Assembly: GCA_030390025.1 (NCBI GenBank)
Contig: CM059432.1
Span: forward strand, 94,304,001-94,368,000
From: Squalus acanthias
Lineage: Eukaryota
Direction of reading: 5' to 3'
DNA length: 64,000 bases
The notes beneath the pieces are model-generated. The model made no database searches, was not told the origin of the DNA, and saw nothing but the letters and a program-made list of their open reading frames with translations. Position numbers and translations under genes: made by a program. Positions 1 through 12,743 of the stretch are shown here, in pieces (position 1 is the first letter of the stretch; each line of letters starts with the position of its first letter).

Positions 1-1017
1 ATGAATACTCATGGTGGATCTGGGGGTGCTCGGATTGCCACGTGTGTGCAGTCGATGACACCCTGCACCTGTGGGAAGCCAGCCAGAGACGCAAACACGA
101 GCGCCAGCTCATTCTGACTGGTATCATCAGAGGCGAAGTCACACAATTGCCGACCCTGGCAAACAACAAATCAGTCATTTTCGTTATGCATTTGTGAGCC
201 GCCGGCTGGGAGAGCCTGGATATGTCTCCGGCAGAGCCCTAGAAGGATCTGGAGGCAAAACAGTTGAGGGCGGTGTGACAGCCACTGGTAATGCGTGGCC
301 ACCAGGTCCAGCAGGGAGCAGGTCTTCTTCTAGGAGGCTGCAGATGCCTGCCACCACCTGACGCGACAACCTGATCCTCCGGAGGCACTGCTGTTCCGAC
401 AGGTCAAGAAAGCTCAGCCTCTGCCTGTACACGCTGTTTCGCGGGTAATGCCTCCTGCGAGCTGCACCCCTCTGCTGCTCCCTTCGCAGATGTCCAGCTG
501 CAGATCTGTCAACAGCAGGCTGTCGCTGCTGGTGCTCCCGCTCTGTGTTGTTCAGCTCCAGGTCTGTCAAGGGCAGGCTGTGGCTGCTGGTGCTGGTCAT
601 GTTGCTCCTCATCCAAGGACCAATCTGAGGCAGCCAAGGCGCCACCCACCTTGATCTGATTCAGAAAACCTCCAAAGTGTAGAAAGTAAACTCTCAGCAA
701 AAGTACTGTGAACAAACCCTTTCCCACTAGTAGGTAAGAAATTAGCTGTGAGCACTGGGTATCTATTAAAGTATTTGCATCACTTTTAATCAGCCCCGTC
801 AATTGCCATTATATTCTCGCCTTGGTTTCAATGGCGAGTTTCAGAACGCCTGGGAAAGCTGTGGATGCGCCGTTTATCCTAGGGGGTTGCGCACAACCGA
901 GTTAAACGCGGAGGCCGGTGCGTTGGAACTGTCTTCCAGACACACTTGCATTTTTGCCAACTGTAATAACCCACCCGCACCTAATCCCACATGGTTCTCC
1001 ATGTTAAAATTCCACCC
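1..1017 (-). mobile_element. PIF/Harbinger DNA transposon, one end plus N-terminal half of a decayed transposase (runs off the window start)
   Basis: Minus-strand translation gives [33 protein letters not shown] (ORF 184..645). After a frameshift it reads FASLAGFPQVQGVIDCTHVAIRAP, the HARBI1-type first catalytic Asp motif, followed by a stop. The terminus GGGTGGAATTTT ends at 1017 and is followed by TAA. Confidence 0.85.
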
Positions 1018-1295
1018 TAAGTGTCTGGGGATGTCGGGAGGGTTGTTACAAGTCACTCTCCATTTGGGTATTTACACTTTCCAGGTGGTGGCTCAGCAAG
1101 TGACCTCAGGCCCTGACCACTGTCATCACTTACATGTGGCAGGTGAACAAGGAGCAAGCAGTGGCGGTCCCAGTGGGGGAGATCCCGAGGGAAATCATAG
1201 GCCTAACCGCCCAATATGTCCAAGAATTTCCACAGCAATCTTGCCCCAGTTTTCTCATTTGTAGCACCAGAAACCCAATCTGGAGGGTTCTGGTG

Positions 1296-4200
1296 TTTTT
1301 TTTTATTCGTTCATGGGTTGTGGGCGTCGCTGGCAAGGTCAGCATTTATTGCCCATCCCTAATTGCCCTTGAGAAGGTGGTGGTGAGCCGCCTTCTTGAA
1401 CCGCTGCAGTCTGTGTGGTGAAGGTATGGAGTTCCAGGATTTTGACCCAGTGACGATGAAGGATCGCCGATTACTTCCAAGTCAGAATGGTGTGTGACTT
1501 GGAGGGGAACTTGGAGGTGGTAGTGTTCCCATGCGCCTGCTGCCCTTGTCCTTCTAGGTGGAAGAGGTTGCGGGTTTGGGAGGTGCTGCCGAAGAAGCCT
1601 TGGCGAGTTGCTGCAGTGCATCTTGTAGATGGTACACACTGCAGCCACGGTACGCCGGTGGTGGAGGGAGTGAATGTTTAAGGTGGTGGATGGGGTGACA
1701 ATCAAGCGGGCTGCTTTGTCCTGGATGGTGTCGAGCTTCTTGAGTGTTGTTGGAGCTGCACTCATCCAGGCAAGTGGAGAGTATTCCATCACACTCCTTA
1801 CTTGTGCCTTGTAGATGGTGGAAAGGCTTTGGGGAGTCAGGAGGTGAGACACTCGCCGCAGAATACCTAGCCTCTGACCTGCTCTTGTTGCCACAGTATT
1901 TATGTGGCTGGTCCAGTTAAGTTTCTGGTCAATGGTGACCCCCAGGATGTTGATGGTGGGGGATTCGGCGATGGTAATGCCGTTGAATGTCAAGGGTCGG
2001 TGGTTAGACTCTCGCTTGTTGGAGATAGTCATTGCTTGGCACTTCTGTGGCGTGAATATTAATGTGGGCATGGACTGCTTCATTATCTGAGGAGTTGTGA
2101 ATGGCGCTGAACACTGCAGTCATCAGCAAACATCCCCATTTCTGATCTTATGTTGGAGGGAAGGTCATTGATGATGCAGCTCAAGATGGTTGGGCCTAGG
2201 ACACTGCCCTGAGGAACTCCTGCAGCGATGTCCTGGGCTGTGATGATTGACCTTCAACCACCACAACTATCTTCCTTTGTGCTAGGTATGACTCCAGCCA
2301 GTGCAGCATTTTCCCCCCGATTCCCATTGACTTCAGTTTTACTAGGGCTCCTTGATGCCACACTCAGTCAAATGCTGCCTTGATGTCAAGGACAGTCACT
2401 CTCACCTTACCTTCGGAATTCAGCTTCTTTGTCCATGTTTGTAGCATGGCTGTAATGGGGTCGGGAGCCGAGTGAGCAGGTTTTTGGTGAGTAAGTGCCG
2501 CTTGATAGCACTGTCGATGACACCTTCCATCACTTTGCTGATGATTGATTGACTGATGGGGCGGTAATTGGCCGGGTTGGATTTGTCGTGGTTTTTGTGG
2601 ACCAGACATACCTGGGCAGTTTTCCACATTGTCGGATAGATGCCAGTGTTGTAGCTGTACTGGAACAGCTTGGCTAGAGGTGCGGCTAGTTTTGGAGCAC
2701 AAGTCTTCAGCACGATAGCCGGGATGATGTCGGGGCCCATAGCCTTTGCTGTATCCAGTGCACTCAGCTGTTTCTTGATATCACGTGGAGTGAATCGAAT
2801 TGGCTGAAGACTGGCTTCTGTGATGGTGGGGACCTCAGGAGGAGGCCGATATGGATTATCCACTCGGCACTTCTGGCTGCAAACGCTTCAGCCTTGTCTT
2901 TTGCACTCACGTGCTGGGCTCCACCATCATTGAGGATGGGGATATTCATGGAGCCTCCTCCTCCCGTTAGTTGTTTAATGATCCACCACCATTCACAACT
3001 GGATGTGGCAGGACTACAGAGCTTTGATCCATTGATTGTGGGATTGCTTAGCCCTGTCTATAGCATGCTGCTTCCGCTTTTTAGCATGCATGTAGTCCTG
3101 TGTTGCAGCTTCCCCAGGTTGGCACCTCATTTTTAGGTACGCCTGGTGCTGCTCCTGGCATGCTCTTCTACACTCCTTATTAAACCAGGGTTGGTCCCCT
3201 GGCTTGATGGTAATAGTAGAGTGAGGGATATGCCGGGCCATGAGGTTAGATTGTGGTGGAATACAATTCTGCTGCTGCCCCACAGCGCCTCATGGATGCC
3301 CAGTTTTGAGCTGCTAGATGTGTTCTGAATCTATCCCAGTTAGCACGGTGGTAGTGCCACACAACACGATGGAGGGTGTCCTCAGTGTGAAGACGGGACT
3401 TCGTCTCCACAATGACTGTGCGGTGGTCACTGCTACCAATACTGTCATGGACAGATGCTTCTGCGACAGGTAGAGGATGAGGTCAAGTGGGTTTTTCCCT
3501 CGTGTTGGTTCTCTCACCACCTGTCGCAGGCCCAGACTGGCAGTTATGTCCTTTAGGACGCGGCCAGTAGTGGTGCTACCGAGCCACTCTTGGTGATGGA
3601 CATTGAAATCCCCCACCCATTCTGTGCCCTTGCTACTCTCAGTGCTTCTTCCAAGTGGTGTTCAACATGGAGGAGTACTAATTCATCAGCTGAGGGAGGG
3701 CGGTAGGTGGTAATCAGCAGGAGGTTTTCTTGCCCATGCTTGACCTGAACCCATGAGACTTCATGGGGTCCGGAGTCAATGTTGAGGACTCCCAGGGCCA
3801 CTCCTTCCCGACTGTATACCACTGTGCCGCCACCCCTGGGACAGGGCATACCCAGGGATGGTGATGGAGGAGTTTGGGGCTTTGGCTGAAAGGTATGATT
3901 CTGTGAGTATGACTATGTCAGGCTGTTGTTTGACTAGTCTGTGGGACAGCTCTCCCAATTTTGGCACAAGTCCCCAGCTGTTGGTGAGGAGGACTTTGCA
4001 GGGTTGACTGGGCTGGGTGTGCCGTTGCCATGTCCGTAGCTGGTGCCGAGGTCGATGCCGGGTGTTCCGTCCAGTTTCATTCTTATTATTGTGTTTCGTA
4101 GCGGTTTGTTACAACTGAGTGACTTGCTCGGCCATTTCAGAGGGCAGTTAAGAGTCAACCACATTGCTGTGGGTCTGGAGTCACATATAGGCTAGACCAG

Positions 4201-4436
4201 GTAAGGACAGCAGTTTTTCTTCCCTAAAGGACATTAGTGAACCATTTGGGTTTTTACGACAATCCGATAGTTTCATGGTTACTATTACTGCTACTAGCTT
4301 TTTATTCCAGATTTATTTAATTAACTGAATTTAAATTCCCCAGCTGCCGTGGTGGGATTTGAACTCACATCGCTGCATCATTAGTCCAGGCCTCTGGATT
4401 ACTAGCCCAGTGACATTACCACTATGCTATCGTTCC
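1296..4436 (-). mobile_element. Single-ORF non-LTR retrotransposon (APE endonuclease + RT, probably CR1/L2 group) with tRNA-derived 5' end; decayed copy
   Basis: Frameshifted minus-strand ORF pieces carry PDIVILTESYL, TTYRPPS, GDFNVHH, EPTRGKNPLDLIL, KAMGPD, NPANYRPIS, LDIKAAFD and YKAQVRSVMEYS. The 3' end reads AATAAATGC...GAATAAAAAAAAA. The 5' end has A and B boxes, and there is no room for an ORF1. Confidence 0.9.
4355..4429 (-). promoter_or_regulatory. tRNA-type internal Pol III promoter (A box and B box) at the LINE 5' end
   Basis: Minus strand has A box TAGCATAGTGG (4429-4419) and B box GTTCAAATCC (4364-4355), starting about 7 nt from the element 5' end. Confidence 0.75.
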
Positions 4437-5819
4437 ACTTTAACTGTATTAGAATGGAGGTCATTGTCTTGCAATATATTCAGCAGCATGTCTGCTATGG
4501 CTGTGGAACAACTGATCCTGGTCCTTACATTTAAGTATGTTAAACACGTTGTTCCTGGAGGTTTGAACACGTTACAGGATCCCTTTTCAGTTTCAGTTTG
4601 TCCTTGAATTTGTACTGTGCAAATGTTAGCTTACAATTACTTAATTTATTTAGAGTTAATTGCTTTGCCTGCTATTTTAATGAAGACATTAACTCATGGG
4701 CCACCTCCAGAATGTGATTTCACACCATCTGGAGTTTGCACTGTGTGCAGTATAATTCCAACCTGGTACAAAATCCTATTTTTAAATTGGTCCACAGAAC
4801 CTCCTAGAAACTTTAGAAACTTATTTTTCCATCTTTTTGATGTTATGAAAAAGTGAGTGTTCCCATCCGTGTTCTCCTAACATTAACCATTACTTGCCCA
4901 GGGAGTATCTAAACATACATGCTCAGAGGTCCTTCGACATAGTTGGCATAGCTGGCCCTATAACTCAGGATGACTGAGTCTCGGACTGTTTATATGTAGT
5001 TTGACTGCACCCTAAGATATTAATGTAGTCTGACAATGTTTGTACAAAAATCCTCAGCTTGACATTAATGAAACTGACAACAGTATCTTCTACAGAAATT
5101 GCCATCAGCCAATGATATCATGTAGCAATTGAAATATCCCTCATATCACTGTTAAAATGTCAACCTAATGCCTCAGACTTCTTTTCATTTGCTAATATTG
5201 TGAAATATTTCTGAAAACAACAGACACAATGATGCAAGTTGCATACTACCAATGAAAGTCCATATTTGATCCTGCATTTCACCAATGTGTTGGGATGTAC
5301 CATTATGTAATACTGAGTAATAAGATTTTGATGAGATGTTAACATATTAAAACATTCTAGATTTAGATTGTACATTAAGCATAAGCTGGCTGCATAATAA
5401 GCTTATAAACTGTTTTAGAAGCTTTTAATCTCTACATAGGTCTGTAGATGCTGCCGATTTGTGGTTGACTGAATTGAGCCTTGAGGGAGGTGCATCCGTT
5501 TACTGTAGACAATGGCTCCATAGTTCTTATCTGTTGTGAATCAGGGTACTCAGAGCTCTTTTGTAAGTACTGTCCTTCCATTAATCAACATTGAGGGAAC
5601 TACATACCTGCAGGAACCATGGAGAGTAACAGTTACTGTTTGCATCCTTCACATTTATAACTATTTTGTACGCCTACAGATTATCCAGTTAACAAATGCA
5701 CAACAAAAAGTGTTTTTTTGTAAAAGGAACTGCCAACTTTCTAGCATTGTAAAAATAAAATAAGCAGTAGGTGTCCATACTCTGGACACTAGCTGTGCTT
5801 TCAAGGTCTACACTACTTG

Positions 5820-5962
5820 TTTCTTCACTCAGAGGGTTGTGAACCTTTGGAATTCTCTACCCCAGACGGCTGTGGATGCTCTGTCGTTTAGCATATTCAA
5901 GGCTGAGATCAGGCTTGAGGGGCCGTATGGCCTACTTCTGCTCCTATTTCTTATGTTCTTGC
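5820..5962 (+). mobile_element. CR1 LINE 3'-end fragment with internal deletion
   Basis: Encodes FFTQRVVNLWNSLP and ends in the CR1 tail GGCCTACTTCTGCTCCTATTTCTTATGTTCTT. Confidence 0.8.
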
Positions 5963-6009
5963 TACTTCTTGAACAGTTTTGTATGAGAAACAATACATTC
6001 CATCTTAGC

Positions 6010-9000
6010 TTCAGGGTCATCAGGAGGGGGAGGGCGAACAGCCAGTTGTCGTGGTGCACATAGGCACCAACGATATAGGTAAAAAACGGGATGAGGTCCT
6101 AAAAGCAGAATATAGGGAGTTAGGAGGTAAATTAAAAAAATAGGACCTCAAAGGTAGTAATCTCAGGATTGCTACCAGTGCCACGTGCTCGTCAGAGTAG
6201 AAATAGGAGGATATTTCAAATGAATACGTGGCTAGAGGAATGGTGCAAGGGGGAGGGATTCAAATTCCTTGGACATTGGAACCGGTTCTGGGGGAGGTGG
6301 GACCAGTACAAACGGGACGGTCTGCACCTGGGCAGGGCCGGGACCGATGTCCGAGGGGGAGTGTTTGCTAGTGCTGTTGGGGAGGGTTTAAACTAAAGTG
6401 GCAGGGGGTTGGGAACCTGAACAGGGAGACAGAGGAAAGGGAAACAAGGATAAAAGCAAAAGACAGGAAGGAGAAAAACAAAAGTAGAAGAACTCAACGG
6501 TTTAAATCAAACATGGTCACAGTAAATAATAATTCATATAGGTCTGAGAGCGTTAAAAAAACAAGCCTGAAGGCTTTGTGTCTTAATGCAAGGAGCATTC
6601 GGAACAAGGTGGATGAATGAGCTGCGCAAATAGAGGTAAATGAATACGATTTGATTGGGATTACAGAAACATGGCTCCAGGGTAGCCAAGGCTGGGAACT
6701 CAATATCCAGGGGTATTCAATATTTAGGAAAGATAGGCAAAAAAGAAAGGGAGGTGGGGTAGCATTGCTGGTTAAAGAGGGGAATTAACACAATTGAAAG
6801 GAAGGATAGTAACTCTGATGATGCGGAATCTGTATGGGTAGAACTGAGAAATAACAAGGGGCAGAAAACGTTAGTGGGAGTGGTATATAGACCTCCAAAC
6901 AGTAATACGGAGGTTGAGGACGGCATTAAAAGGGAAATCAGAGAAGCATGCAGTAAGGGCACAGCAGTCATCATGGGTGACTTTAATTTACATATAGATT
7001 GGGCTAACCAAATTAGTAAAAATACTGTGGAGGAGGAATTCCTAGAATGTTTACGGGATGGTTTTCTGGAACAATATGTCGAGGAACCAACCAGAGATCA
7101 GGCCATCTTAGACTGGGTATTATGTAACGAGAAAGGATTAATTAGCAATCTTGTTGTACGAGGCCCCTTGGGTCAGAGTGATCATAATATGATAGAATTC
7201 TTCATTAGGATGGAGAGTGAAGTAGTTGAATCAGAGACTAGGGTCCTGAATTTAAATAAAGGAAACTACGATGGTATGAGGCGCGAATTGGGTAGGATTG
7301 ATTGGGGAATGTCACTCAAAGGGTTGATGGTGGATAGGCAATGACAAACATTCAAAGACTGCATGGATGAACTACAGAATTTGTTCATCCCAGTGTGTCA
7401 TAAGAATAAAACAAAAAGGGTGACTCAACCGTGGCTAACAAGGGAAATTAGGGATAGCATAAGATCCAAGGAGAGGCCATATAAATTGGCCAGAGAAAGC
7501 GGTAACCCTGAGGATTGGGAGCAGTTTAGGATTCAACAAAGGAGGACAAAGGGATTAATTAAGAAGGGGAAAATAGAATATGAAAGTAAGTTTGCAGGGA
7601 ACATAAAAACTGACTGTAAGAGCTTTTATAGATATGTGAAGAGAAAAAGATTAGTGAAATCAAGTGTAGGTCCCTTGCAGTCAGAAGCGGGGGAAGTTAT
7701 AATGGGGAACAAAGAAATGGCAGACCAATTAAATGCAAAGGAGGACACAAATAACCTCCCAGAGATGTTGGAGAACATAGGGTCTGATGAAAGGGAGGAA
7801 CTGAAAGAAATCAGTACTTGCAGGGAAATGGTGTTAGGGAAATTGACGGGATTGAAGGCCGATAAATCCCCAGGGCCTGATAATCTACATCCTAGGGTAC
7901 TTAAGGAAGTGGCCCTAGAAATAGTAGATGCATTGCTGATCATCTTCCAACATTCGATGGAATCTGGAACTGTACCCATGGATTGGAGGGTAGCTAATGT
8001 TACCCCACTATTCAAAAAGGGTGGTAGAGAGAAAGCGGGGAATTACAGACCGGTAAGCCTGACATCGGTAGTGGGGAAAATGCTAGAGTCCATTATAAAG
8101 GATGTAATAGCTGAGCACTTGAAAAACAGTGACAGGATCGGACAAAGTCAACATGGATTTACAAAAGGTAAATTGTGCTTAACTAATCTACTGGAATTTT
8201 TTGAGGATGTAACTGGGAAAATAGATAAGGGAGAACCAGTAGATGTGGTGTATTTGGACTTTCAAAAGGCTTTCGATAAGGTCCCGCATAAGAGATTAGC
8301 GTGTAAAGTTAAGGCACATTGGATTGGGGGTAAGGTATTGACTTGGATAGAGAACTGGTTGGCGGACAGAAAGCAGAGAGTAGGAATTAATGGGTCTTTT
8401 TCCGAGTGGCAGGCAGTGACTAGTGGGGTACCGCAGGAATCGGTCCTTGGACCCCAGCTATTCACAATATACATTAATGATCTAGATAAGGGAACTAAAT
8501 GTAATATCTCCAAGTTTGCAGATGACACAAAGCTGGGTGGACGTGTGTGCTGCGAGGAGGATACTGAGAAACTCCAGGATGATTTGGACAGGTTGGGTGA
8601 GTGGGCAGAAGCGTGGCAGATGCAATATAACGTGGGTAAGTGCGAGGTTATCCACTTTGGTGTCAAAAACAGAAAGGCAGACTATTATCTGAATGGTAAT
8701 AGATTGGGAGAAGGGGAAGTGCAACGAGACCTGGGTGTCCTTGTGCACCAGTCGCTGAAGGTAAGCATGCAGGTGCAGCAGGCGGTGAAGAAGGCAAATG
8801 GTATGTTGGCCTTCATAGCGAAAGGGTTTGAGTATAGGAACAGGGATGTCCTGCTGCAGTTGTACAGGGCCTTGGTGAGACCACACCTTGAGTATTGTGT
8901 GCAGTTTTGGTCGCCTTATCTGAGGAAGGATGTTCTTGCCATGGAAGGAGTTCACCGAAGATTCACAAGGCTGATACCTGGGTTGGCAGGAATGACGTAT

Positions 9001-9447
9001 GAGGAGAGATTGGGTCGATTGGGCTTATACTCGCTGGAGTATAGAAGAATGAGAGGGGATCTCATCGAAACATATAAAATTCTGACAGGTCTGGACAAAC
9101 TAGATGCAGGAAGAATGTTCCCGATGGTCCGAGAGTCCAGAACCAGGGGTCATAATCTAAGGATAAGGGGTAAGCCATTTAGGACAGAAATGAGGAAGGA
9201 TTTCTTCACCCAGAGAGTGGTGAACCTGTGGAATTCTCTACCACAGAAGGTAGTTGAGGCCAAGTCATTAAATATATTCAAGAATGAGTTAGATATATTT
9301 CTTAAAGCTAAAGGTATCAAGGGATATGGGGAGAAGGCAGGTACAGGGTACTGAGTTTGGATGATCAGCCATGATCTCATCGAATGGCGGGGCAGGCTTG
9401 AGGGGCCGAATGGCCTACTCCTGCTCCTATCTTCTATGTTTCTATGT
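6010..9447 (+). mobile_element. CR1 LINE, 5'-truncated within ORF1 (SGNH esterase part of ORF1, ORF2, 3' UTR)
   Basis: ORF1 end has HIGTND and DGLH motifs and stops at 6396. ORF2 has EN motifs (YRPP, GDFN, SDH) and RT motifs. The tail is (TTCTATGT)n. Confidence 0.95.
6511..9354 (+). pseudogene. CR1 ORF2 (endonuclease/reverse transcriptase), interrupted by stops and a frameshift; 7363..9354 still open for 663 aa
   Basis: Motifs KSPGPD, NYRPVSLTS, QHGF, YLDFQKAFD, GVPQESVLGP and FADD. Stops at about 6618 and 7342. Confidence 0.9.
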
Positions 9448-10340
9448 CATTCTCAACTGAGTGGCTGGAGGAACCCAAACAATAGGACTATATTTTGGTA
9501 CCTCAAACTTGCTGAACAGAATAAAGTCACCAGAATATACAATCAATGGCAATCAATTATTTATAAATCATTTTGTGCCATTGACAATGTATTTTTATTT
9601 AGCTTCGGAAACAAAGTGTTATAATCACATTTCAGCCAAAAAAAGAATAAAATGTGTTTGTTTACATAATGATAATTGGCGCGCACCAAATGGGTAATTT
9701 CCTCCCAGTGCAGAGCCCTGGTAACGGTGAGCGCAGGTCAGAAAATCAGGCTACAATGTTGTGTAGCCCCATCTCCCTACCGCATTCACTGCTGGTGAGG
9801 CTCTGTACAGGGAATGGAGCCTTGAAGAATTACACCTTAAAAGTAATGCATTGTTCTGAGGGTTTTGAGATTCTATATAAATGCAAATATTATTATAAAT
9901 GGGACAAATTCTAAACAATTAACATGAAATATTGCAGAAATACTCAGTAATTAACAGTTAGTGTCAAAGTTTTAAAAGAGCAACAACATTATTTGATTAT
10001 GTAAGGATAGGGAAATGAATCAATGCATTCTCACCTCGCAGTGAGAAATGTACACCTGCATTAATACTGCTTTTTCAATTTAGCTTCATTTTTTAATCAG
10101 TTCTTTATGAGATAAATTATTTGTTGACACCCAAACACAGTGCAGGGTGTCTTCGTATTAATTCAGATTCAGTGCTTAGAAATAAAAGTACATGCTGTAT
10201 TCCTCTATTAGAATAAACTCCTGTTGAGAATTTGCAGATTCTTAGTAAATAGCTAGATTAATATTTTATGAACCTTACATCCAGATATCAGTCACAGAGT
10301 CTCACTTTCTTCCACTTTTAGTGAATACGATGAATATATT

Positions 10341-11104
10341 GGCCCAAAAATTCGGCCGAATACGGGAGAGTACCCGCTGTGTACTCACCCGTATTCGTTC
10401 CCGAAGTGCTGGTTTCCTGCATGCACTGCGCATGCGCGGGAAACCGGCACTTCCGGTATGGCGAAGGGGGCGGTTCCTAGGTGAACCGCGTGCGCACTAG
10501 AGGCTGCGCGCACGCAGCACACTTAGGTTTTTTTTCAGGTTTCAACGCGAGGGTAAGTATGGAAGATTCTACACAAGTAAAAAGGAGGCGTAAAACCCCT
10601 TTTGAACAAGGTAAGTAGTTAATTAAGTATAATTTTAAATTTTTTTCAACAGGTTTATCTTTTTTAGAGACTTTAAAGAAAGGTAAGTTTATTTTTATAA
10701 CTTTTAAAAAGAATTTAAATTTTTTCAAAAATTTAAATTTTTGTTTAAAGTGGTTAATTTATTTAACTATAGTTATTTTATTAATGTGATGGTTTTTAAA
10801 AAAAATTATTTGAGGTTTAGCTGTTCTTTTGGGGCCAATTTCAATTCACAGATTTGACAGGTCTCCTGTCAAATCTATGAATGAAAGATGGTGTGCTGCC
10901 ATTGGCTCTCCATGGCCCACGTGATCCCAGAGGTCGCATCGCACTAACTGCGCCCCTGGGACACGCAAGCACTGCGCGCCGGCACTAGGGAGAGGCCCAG
11001 GACCCAAAGTTCCTGTGGGCCCGAAACACAACGGCAGGCGCGGTACGTAAGAGCGCGCGCGATCCTTACCCCCGCGGCAAGCCGGCCACCCGAATTTCTA
11101 GGCC
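10341..11104. mobile_element. Harbinger-type MITE with AT-rich core
   Basis: TIRs GGCCCAAAAATTCGG / CCGAATTTCTAGGCC, with a 3-bp TSD ATT on both sides and CpG-rich subtermini. Confidence 0.85.
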
Positions 11105-11257
11105 ATTGTGTATAATAAAATTAGTCCAGTCCCGGTGTTGAGATTTACCATTTTAAGTGTGACAGTGGTTTAGAGCATTAATAGCTGGAATGGATTTTTT
11201 TGAGATTATTTTTGTCTACTGCAGGTTGTCCCTTTTAAGTTCCAAAAATAGCATCTT

Positions 11258-11283
11258 TATATATATATATATATATATATATA
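11258..11283. repeat. (TA)n microsatellite
   Basis: Directly visible. Confidence 0.95.
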
Positions 11284-11543
11284 CCTACATACTCCTCCTC
11301 TTCCCTTCATCTCCACTATGTTGTAATCAAAATTGACTGCACTCTAACTCATCCTGTAGAACGACTTACCTCCCTAAGTCTTTTCCCTCCTCAAGCAATT
11401 TTCAAGCTATTGAAACTCAGCTTGGCATCACCTTATCACTACTTTCTGAATTAATTTTTCTTCTTTTACCATGGTGGTGTTCTAACTTAAGAAAAAACCC
11501 AGTATATGCTAAGCTTCACAACATGTCTGTCTCTTTAAAAGTT

Positions 11544-11764
11544 ATGATGCGGAGATGCCAGTGTTGGACTGGGGTGGACAAAAGTGAGAAGTCGCACAAC
11601 ACCAGGTTATAGTCCAACAGCTTTATTTGAAATCACAAGCTTTCGGAGCACTGCTCCTTCGTCAGGTGAAGTGAAGAAATACAAATGGGCACAGCATATA
11701 TAGACAGAGAACAATGCCTGTGCAGAGAACAATGCCAGACGACTACAGATAATCTTTCTAACTG
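11544..11764 (-). mobile_element. Penelope-like element terminal (pLTR) fragment
   Basis: Flanked by TSD TTTAAAAGTT(A) at 11534 and 11765. It shares its terminus with 12368-12580 and 15574-15745 and contains a hammerhead motif. Confidence 0.75.
11633..11669 (-). ncRNA. Minimal type I hammerhead ribozyme motif
   Basis: Minus strand reads TCAC-CTGACGA-A-GGAGC-AGT-GCTCC-GAAA-GC-TT-GTGA. This gives intact core boxes, stem II, stem I (TCAC/GTGA) and a palindromic AGCT in place of stem III. Confidence 0.8.
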
Positions 11765-12007
11765 TTTAAAAGTTAAGTACTTTGCATCATTTTCAATTTT
11801 TGCTTATTGAGAAACCAAGGTGAATGACCAAGACAGCGGTAAATAGCAAAGGGTCTGGAATACTTCTTGGCCCCCACCCCCTCCTTCCCATTCCAGGGCA
11901 CTGGAGCATTCTTGTGGGACTTAGCCATGAACCTTGAAATGTGGTAGTGCTACTACTCCAAGGCATACCAGTTAAATGTCATTGTAACAAAGGGTGGCCA
12001 ATACCTA

Positions 12008-12175
12008 AAGAAAGACTTGCATTTATATAGCGCCTTTCATGACCACCGGACGTCTCAAAGCGCTTTACAGCCAATGAAGTATTTTTGAAGTGGAGTCACT
12101 GTTGTAATGTGGGAAACGCGGCAGCCAATTTGCGCACAGCAAGCTCCCACAAACAGCAATGTGATAATGACCATA
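12008..12175 (-). mobile_element. DeuSINE-like (SacSINE1/AmnSINE-related) 3' fragment
   Basis: Minus strand ends in the L2-type tail TGTAAAGCGCTTTGAGACG...AAAGGCGCTATATAAATGCAAGTCTTTCTTT, preceded by a Deu-domain-like segment. The family name is from recall. Confidence 0.65.
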
Positions 12176-12367
12176 TGTGTGGACTTGAGACTAGCTGTGA
12201 CTGATAACTCTTGTCTTAAGTGAGTCACAACTAATATGAAAAGGTTTACTTGAAGCAGCACGTGTGTTTCAGTCAGAGCTTTCACTGTTGTTTGCAAGAA
12301 GCACTTTTGCTGCCCCTAATTTCTGGGAAAGGACCTCAGGATGCTGTCCTCTTCCTGGGTTAGTCTA

Positions 12368-12580
12368 CATGATGCAGAGATGCCGGTGTTGGACTGGGGT
12401 GGACAAAAATGAGAAGTCGCACAACACCAGGTTATAGTCCAACAGATTTATTTAAAATTACAAGCTTTCGGAGCTGTACCTGAGTAACTCTACCTGACGA
12501 AGGGGCAACAGCTCCGAAAGCTTGTAATTTTAAATAAATCTGTTGGACTATAACCTGGTGTTGTGCGACTTCTCATTTTT
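12368..12580. mobile_element. Penelope pLTR fragment with inverted duplication (hairpin) and hammerhead motif
   Basis: TSD GGGTTAGTCTA at 12357 and 12581. Arms of about 70 bp are reverse complements. CTGACGA...GAAAGCTT lies at about 12495-12523. Confidence 0.8.
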
Positions 12581-12743
12581 GGGTTAGTCTAGACACCTAG
12601 ACATTGGCGGCTCAGTCAGAACTCCCTTTGACTTTATGTGAGTACACGGTTTGCTGCCCCATGCCTTATGGGAATGGTCCTCAAAAGTATTTATTTTCAT
12701 CAAGAAAATTGAAAGAGGACATATTCAAGATCTTATATTCAAG

